This document shows, in pieces, positions 57,101-64,000 of a stretch of DNA of 64,000 nucleotides (positions are counted from its first letter, which is position 1; the number at the start of each line of letters is the position of its first letter). A program made the translations under genes and the position numbers. A model generated the notes under the pieces. The model did not search any database. It saw only the letters and a list, made by a program, of their open reading frames with translations, and was not told the DNA's origin. The DNA is from Lama guanicoe (taxonomy: Eukaryota), in NCBI GenBank assembly GCA_013239625.1, contig MU054032.1, forward strand, positions 62,001-126,000. Reading direction: 5' to 3'.

Positions 57101-58627
57101 CTCTAGAGTTACTTCCTGGGGTAAATTATCTTCCTGATAATGTTTTTTGGGATATGGATGTCCTCATATACCTAATAGCCAAAGTTAATATTTTCTCAGC
57201 ATTGTTGCACATGGGTCAGAGGGACCGTTTTTAACCAGCTTGCTTGTCTGCATAATTTTGAAATGTATAAAATTGTGCAAAACAAAAAACTTGTCTTGTT
57301 TGAAGAACTCTGGAGATTATTCCTAGATTGGTTCACTGGGAGTAAAAGTAGCATTGTGTTATTATGTGGTATTTTGCCCTCCTCCTAGTTATAAAGAACA
57401 ATTAAGGGGGCATTTTGCATACTGAAAATATTACCAATATTTTTGCCAAATATTTATCAAAAACTAAAACGTGAGGTTCTTAAGAGATAGGTAGTTTCGC
57501 TGCACTTGGTCTCCTGGGATTGAACACTGTATAACCTGCCTCACTAGATGGGATCCTTAACCTGCCTTCTTAGCTCAGTTTTTTTGAGGGAGGGGGATAT
57601 CTTTTTGAAGGAAAGAGTAGGGTCCTTAACTGTTAGAGCTGAAATTCTGAAAAACAGAGCTGAAAGAGGGAAATAACCTTTCAACCTCTGGAGTGTGGCT
57701 TTTAGTGTCCTGCAATTTTAGAGGTATCTCTAGTCCTCTGACAGTGAAGTAACCAGAGCTGGGGCAGAAAACCTAGCCTAGGTTGTTAGCATGTAGTTCC
57801 TTTATTCAGTCACCAAATATTTTAAAACATAGAGTATTCAGTTAAATCATGCTTCCTGTTCCCAGGCCTTATTTTCTGCGTGAGACAGCTGTCTAAGATA
57901 TATCAAGATGTGGGATCTTTCGTCCTTCTAGAAATCACCTCTATGAAGAATGAAGCTGAATTTTTTAGTTTCCTGAGAATGATAGGATCAAAAACCACAA
58001 CCTTTATTGGATGAAAAAGCTAATAGTGACAGAAAAGATAGATTTATTCATTCATTTGTTCAGTCTATGGGTTCAACAAATATTTCATTTTTTAATACTC
58101 AGCAGTAAATTAAGTGCTGGAGATATGATGGTAGAAGTACCTGATTGATTCTGTAGACCCGCGTTGTATAGAAGATATAAAGACAGAGAACAATCATCTT
58201 CGTGTTCTTGTGAGCAGCCTTGGACATGGTAGTTGTCTTTGAATAGCCCCCATTAGTATAATCATCCTTCTCTCATCTTCTGCCTCACTGGCCTGACTAG
58301 TAAAGGGGGTTAAGGAAAGGACATTTTGAGAGAATGAGCCTCAGTTGGTATGGCTGTAGTCCGAGTCAGAGTTGCAAGGGAAAATTGTTAGCAGGGCTGT
58401 CTGAATGGGCTGTCTTGACTGGGGAAGAAGGCGTGTTGATTTTGCAGCTTGGCACTTGGAACTCTGTATTGGTGGAGGATAACAACTTAGCCAAGGAAGG
58501 GATTTTTTAGATATAAAAGTCAAGGCATCATTATTCGCAGCATCAGGAACTGGGAGTGGTGAAAACTTTTGGAACTTCCCCAAGGTATGGGATAGGAGTG
58601 GAAAATGGGGCAGCTTTTATATTAGAT

Positions 58628-58806
58628 CAGGGTTTCTCAGCCTTGGCACTATTGATAATCTTGTTGTGGTGGGCTGTCTTATGTATTGTATTGCAGGATC
58701 ATTAGGACCATCTCTAGCCTCTACTTACTAGATGCCAGTAGCACAATCTTTTTTGCATAATTAAGTGTCCCCTCAGGGGCACAATCACCCTGGTTGGGAA
58801 CCACTA
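58628..58806 (+). mobile_element. MER20-like hAT-Charlie element
   Basis: cagggtttctcagccttggcactattga ... tggttgggaaccact. 8-bp TSD tattagat/tattagaa. Confidence 0.8.
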
Positions 58807-58907
58807 TATTAGAATATGGTGGGTGACTCTAGAGATGTGTAGAATTCAGCAGTATCCTTTATAACATTCACAGTTACAGAACTAAAATGTAGTGGTATGA
58901 TTTATTT

Positions 58908-59056
58908 TTATTTTTAAAAATTTATTTAGTGTTTGTTTTTCATGGGGGAGGTAGTTAAGTTTTTAAAATTTATTTTTAATGGAGGTACTGAGGATTGAAC
59001 CTAGGACCTCATGCATGCTAGTCATGCACTCTACCACTGAGCTATACCTTCCCCCC
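58908..59056 (-). mobile_element. Vic-1-like SINE
   Basis: Antisense head with TSD tgatttattt on both sides. Confidence 0.85.
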
Positions 59057-59964
59057 TGATTTATTTGCTATACAGCAACCTCTCTATTTGTGGAATTTTC
59101 ATATATAATATAGGAAGAATGAACCAAGGAGCTGAATGAACCAGGGACTGCTAAAAGTGTCCAGCTGGTGTTATTAATGTGTCTTGTCTTTCTCAGGGTA
59201 GCCTCAGAGGTCTAAATGTTAGAATTGGTCAGGGCACCTGCAACAGTGTTGAAATCTGTAATATTTATTTCAGCACTTGTACATTATAAGCTTTTTTCTG
59301 TTAAAACCCTGTCACAGGGCCACAGAGTAGTAACTCTTCAGTCGCAGCTGAGAGAAAAAGCTGTCTATCTGACCATGTGGCAAGAGCTTTACTGCCTCAA
59401 GCTTAAGGGGCAATGTCCCTTAACTCTTACAGATGAAGCTTAGAGGCTCTTAAGAGATCCATTTACACACCACTGGGACTGGGCTGGGTGCTGGCCTGAT
59501 TGTACTTCCTGGTCGGGAGAGCTGTCTACTGTCTGGGGGTGGGGCACTGATTGATTTCTTTTTTCACTTGGCCAAAATCCTATTAGTTCAAAGGAAGACA
59601 CTCCTTTGCTTTACTGTTCTCCTTATTAGCTCTAGATGGGAGGACATAATTTACCTTCAGGTTTTATTGTGAAAACCATCTTGGGCATGAAGGTTAAAAT
59701 AAAATAACCTTGATTTTATTGCTGAGAGGATCTGTCCACATTTTCTTTGCTTTCTTATATTGGGTCCCATAGTTAAGTGATACATGAAATAACGAGTCTA
59801 ATTGCAATAGGGAGGTCTGGCTGGGAGGATCATCCCTGGTTTTGTAGTATCTCCCATACTGATAATAGTTTTAAATTATATTTATATTATACTTTGACCT
59901 TTTGGATCTGATTATCTTTTTAAAAACTATTTTTGACACAAAACAGTCTTTACTCTTTTTGTCT

Positions 59965-60160
59965 AGTAATAACTAAACTTTATTACGTGCTTGTTCGGTG
60001 ACAGATGCTGTGCTAGGTCCTTTGTATAGATTTTCTCATTTAATCCTCATAGGCCCTGGAGGTGGGTACTAATGATGAAACTGAGGCTCAGCAACATTAA
60101 GCAACTTGTTCAAGGTCACACAGCTAATGGTAGTAGAGCTGGGATTTGAACATAGAGCCC
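59965..60160 (-). mobile_element. MIR
   Basis: ctcatttaatcctca...gaaactgaggctcag...aacttgttcaaggtcacacagcta...gagctgggatttgaac. Confidence 0.8.
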
Positions 60161-62503
60161 ACTATTGTTGCACTGATCACTGCACAGTATAGAGTGTTTT
60201 ATGTTTCTAGGAAGCTTCTTATAAATGAATTGATTGTGGTCCTGATGACTCCTTAGTAGAAGCTATTGGGGAAATAGATCTCAGGCACTAGTTGACTTTC
60301 CGTTCCTTTTACCTATCTGATTTCTGTAAGCCATCCATTTATTCTTATTAGTATGTGGTTTATGAGACAGGAAATGCTATCCTGTCCCAAAGTAGCAGAG
60401 TGGAGAAGGTCACTAGTTTCCTCATGGATTCAAATAGAAAATGGAAAAATGAACTGTGGCCTATCATTGAGTGGGAAGATATAGTCCTGTGCACAAAGGA
60501 GAGGTGTGTGTGTCTCACACACATAACCAGCGAGGTGTGCCTGTGCATAAAACTGAGGGAGGGGAGAGGTGGGGATCATTCTAAGACCTCTGAAATGAAT
60601 TACTGAATGTCCTATTTGCTCTGTGATGTAATCTTTGGAAAGAACCTAACCTAGAAGAATAGGGAATGAACTTTCCTCCTTGATGTCTTTCATTTTGGAA
60701 GGATCACTGATCTCATGATGCTTATTTTTCAGACCCCTTACTGCTGAGGTGTTGCCTTTAACTGTAGGAAAGCCCTGGGGGCCCCTGAGGTCTTTGTAGA
60801 GACCCAATTTCTTCCTTGATGCATACCAGGTTTGGGTCTGTTGCTTATTTTAGATTGAAGATAGGAAATCCTATATGGGAAATCAGTCAACAAAATACAG
60901 TTTGCTTTTATTTTTCAAATTCTAGTTAAAATTGATAAAGGTAGAGACAATTATGGTATGTAACCTGGGAAATCTTACAGCTATCATGCTACATACTATA
61001 TAGCATTTATATTTCATGTTCAGAATTATGTTAGATTCACTTGTGTCTCTGATGGTGGCTAATCTGCATAATCTAGCATATTCAGGAACATTGACTCTTG
61101 CAAACCTTGGGGAGTGATCCTGTGTGTTCTTAACTGATCTAGTAATTCTTTTAAAAGCTTTACTTCTTTTTTTTTTTAAGAGGTTATTTAAAACATCACC
61201 TAGATCTGCTTATTTGCCTCATCTTGGGAGCCTGATAAAGAAATCTTTCTACCTGAATTCTTTTGCCCTTTTTTTAAAAGTATAGGAACCTAAAGGACTT
61301 GTTTTTTCTTTATCAAGACAGATCATGTCTCTCACATATCAAATTAATATGCTCTAGTACATCATAAATATCTGATTGAAATGTCAGATTCTGCCAATAA
61401 TTCTGGCTTCTGCTCCTTACCTTTTTTCCTTCTCTTGCTCTGTCAAAGTTAAATTTATTCAGATCAAGGGCTTCACTTCTCATCATTCCTAGTAGTATAT
61501 CACCTCATATTCAGGAGAGACTGAAGAGCTTTTTAACCCTACTACTCCCCATTGAGCCACTGTACTTTACAAGTATAAGTATCTAGCTCTCTATGACCCA
61601 TTACATTTAAGCCACAAAACCAAAACATGAGGAAGTAACCATGGTAGACATAACAGAATACTCTTCCTTGGGACGCTCTCTCATTTAATCACCTCTGACA
61701 TTGTTCTGAGCTATGTTCTTAGAGAGCATGTTATTTCCCATGAAAAAAGAGTAGAAGTGTTGTCAGATGATTTAGTTTTGTCATTAGGTCACATTTTCTG
61801 AAATGTATTCTCCTTTTCATATAACTTTACTGAAGTTACTATTACTGTCTTCTTCAGATGTCTAGGGCTATGGAGAGGATAATGTGGAAATTGCTTAACT
61901 CAAGTATAATAATAAAACAAAGCAGGATGCATTTTTTTATTGAGGTATAGTCGGTTAACAGTGTTGTGAGGATACATTTTAAATACACCTTTTCTGCCAA
62001 CACTTCCATGACTTCCTGTCAAAAAGATGGCTTTGAGAACCTTATATAGACCCTGAGAGTGGGACTCTGGCCTTCCCTTGAGGGTGCAGAGGGGAAACAA
62101 ACAGATGGAGAATGTTAAATGTTAGCATAGAGGGCTAATATCTAACATAGAGGGGTAACCTGGGCGAGGCGTTAAGAGGGCGGAGCTTCCACAGGGAGAA
62201 TACTCCTCCAGGCTTGTGACTTGTTTTTTCTCACTAACTCTTTGTATCTCTACAAGACTTACTTTTTTAAAGACTATTTCTATAGAGTCACTGCCCAGGT
62301 TAGGGGTATAACTCCTCCTTCTCTTCTCTTTTTTTCAACCTCCACTCTCCCTACCTGCCCCTACCTCCCTTCCCCCAGTACTTAGGTAGGAGAAGGGTAA
62401 GTAGATGGAGGGGAGGGGGCGTTCCCTCTAGAAGATTCCAGGTGACATAACCTTGTTTAACCGCCAGTAATTTTTTTCCCCCTCTCTCTCCCCTCCTACA
62501 GAA

Positions 62504-62639
62504 ATGGAGGCAAACGACCATTTTAACTTTACTGGCCTTCCCCCTGCACCTGCTGCCTCAGGACTGAAACCCTCTCCCTCCTCAGGGGAGGGCCTCTACA
62601 CTAACGGGTCTCCCATGAACTTCCCCCAGCAAGGGAAAA
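62504..62639 (+). CDS. BAZ2A: BAZ2A (TIP5, NoRC subunit) first common coding exon; the gene continues beyond the window
   Basis: Acceptor ...cctacag|AA ATG (exon starts at 62502). Encodes MEANDHFNFTGLPPAPAASGLKPSPSSGEGLYTNGSPMNFPQQGK. Donor AAA|GTGAGT. Position downstream of ATP5F1B fits known synteny. Confidence 0.93.
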
Positions 62640-64000
62640 GTGAGTGTGAGGGCCACACGGCCTGGGGAGGGAGTGGGCATCATTCCTTTAGAGCAGTTTG
62701 ATGGGATAAGATTTGGCTCCCCTCTGGGATAACTACCTCATAACAGTTCTTTTGTGTCAGGTGGGAAGAAGGAAGTGAATCTTCAGAACTCTAGCTGCTG
62801 GAGAGAAGTTAAGCTTCTAAGAATAAGTTGTAGGGGTTTAGGAAGCAACACTTTTAAGGTTGGAAGGGATTAGAAAAACATACTGGGTTTTTCATCCTAG
62901 CTTGCTCTTTTGTAAGCCCTGTTCCCTGGCTACTGCCAGAGAGTGATGAGGTGGCTACTGCTTCTGATAACCAGGTTGGACCCGTAAGAGAGAGATAAAG
63001 GGCCAGCCCTCTGAGAAGCTGTTTTTAGAGGCTGGAGAAGCTGCCCATGGGACTGAGGGTGGAGCGGAATGGTGAATGCAGAATCATCCCAACCTTTCAA
63101 TTGTGCAGCAGAGAAGAGAGCAGTTGCTTGAAGTGCCTGTGCCACCTCCTGTCCTTGAGGATAGAAGATAGGGAAAGGGAGAGTATTAATGCTTACCTAG
63201 TTCCCCAGAGAGAAACATCTATAATCCCAGATGGAAGTGTTGCTGCCACGATCAGGTCTTTTCCTGGATTTGGCTTATCAGTTGTTCTGTACCATGGCTC
63301 TGCCAAGTACCTCTCTAATCTTGCCTTGGTTTCAGGTACTTTATACTTGGGAGCAGAGGGGAGCCCAAATGCTTCCCTCCTTCCTGGCAGCAGAAGAATA
63401 CTGCCACAGGCTTATATTTAACCACCTCTCCCTCCTGTCTTCCACAAGGGGGATGCAGATAGATAGAAGCTCCTTTATTTCTGGAGGACCCCCCTACCCC
63501 CTCCACATCTTCCCTGGAGCTTCCTTAGTATCCTGATTTCTTTTATTTGATTGTCCTCTAGTCCAGAGGCTGCCTTTGGTGTTTAGAACTGAAGTCTGCG
63601 GTACTGGTCATGCAGAGATTTCCCTCCCTGCATATTACCCTCCAGTGCCTATGGGGAGGGGCCAAGCCTAGCCTTCTGAGCTGGGATCTTGCTGCTGTGG
63701 TGACTGCAAATTCTATTCTTAGCCCAGCACAAAGTGCTGGATCTGCATGAGCCAGTGAGGTGGAGGCTGTCCCTTCTGGTGCCACTGCGGGGCCAAACAG
63801 GCACTGAGGAAGGCAGGGTGTGTGTGTTGGGGGTTGATTCTGGAGAATTTAGTCATGCCACTCCAAGGGAAGAATTCCTCTAGGGAATGAGGGTGGGGAA
63901 GAATGCAAGTCACTGTAGGGAGTCTGCAAACAGCTTCATTTAAAAAAAAAATTAAAAAGCCCTGAGCGTCAGCAGCAGCCAGTCCTCTGCTGGGGGCTTC

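Overview
This is mammalian genomic DNA, most likely camelid: it is dense in tRNA-Ala-derived Vic-1-type SINEs, and the ATP5F1B protein is 528 aa ending EEHS. The window holds the PTGES3 - ATP5F1B - BAZ2A block, all on the + strand. PTGES3 (p23) is complete (8 exons, 160 aa) and its start codon is split AT|G across a 12.9 kb intron. ATP5F1B is complete (10 exons) and hosts two C/D snoRNAs, SNORD59A and SNORD59B. Only the 5' part of BAZ2A (TIP5) is present, with three candidate first exons and the first common coding exon. A decayed CYTH2 processed pseudogene lies on the - strand at about 0.94-2.37 kb, next to a probable solo LTR. The rest is interspersed repeats (L1, L2, MIR, MLT1, Tigger/MER, SINEs) and one 24-N assembly gap. 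I found no convincing undescribed multi-gene system. The most interesting signals are regulatory: a BAZ2A uORF stopping at an exon end 2 nt before the main ATG, a candidate poison cassette exon, an atypical GTTAAGT donor, inverted SINEs bracketing PTGES3 exons 2-5, and a retrocopy that appears to preserve a 3-nt microexon. Repeat family names and orthologue comparisons are from memory, not from database searches.
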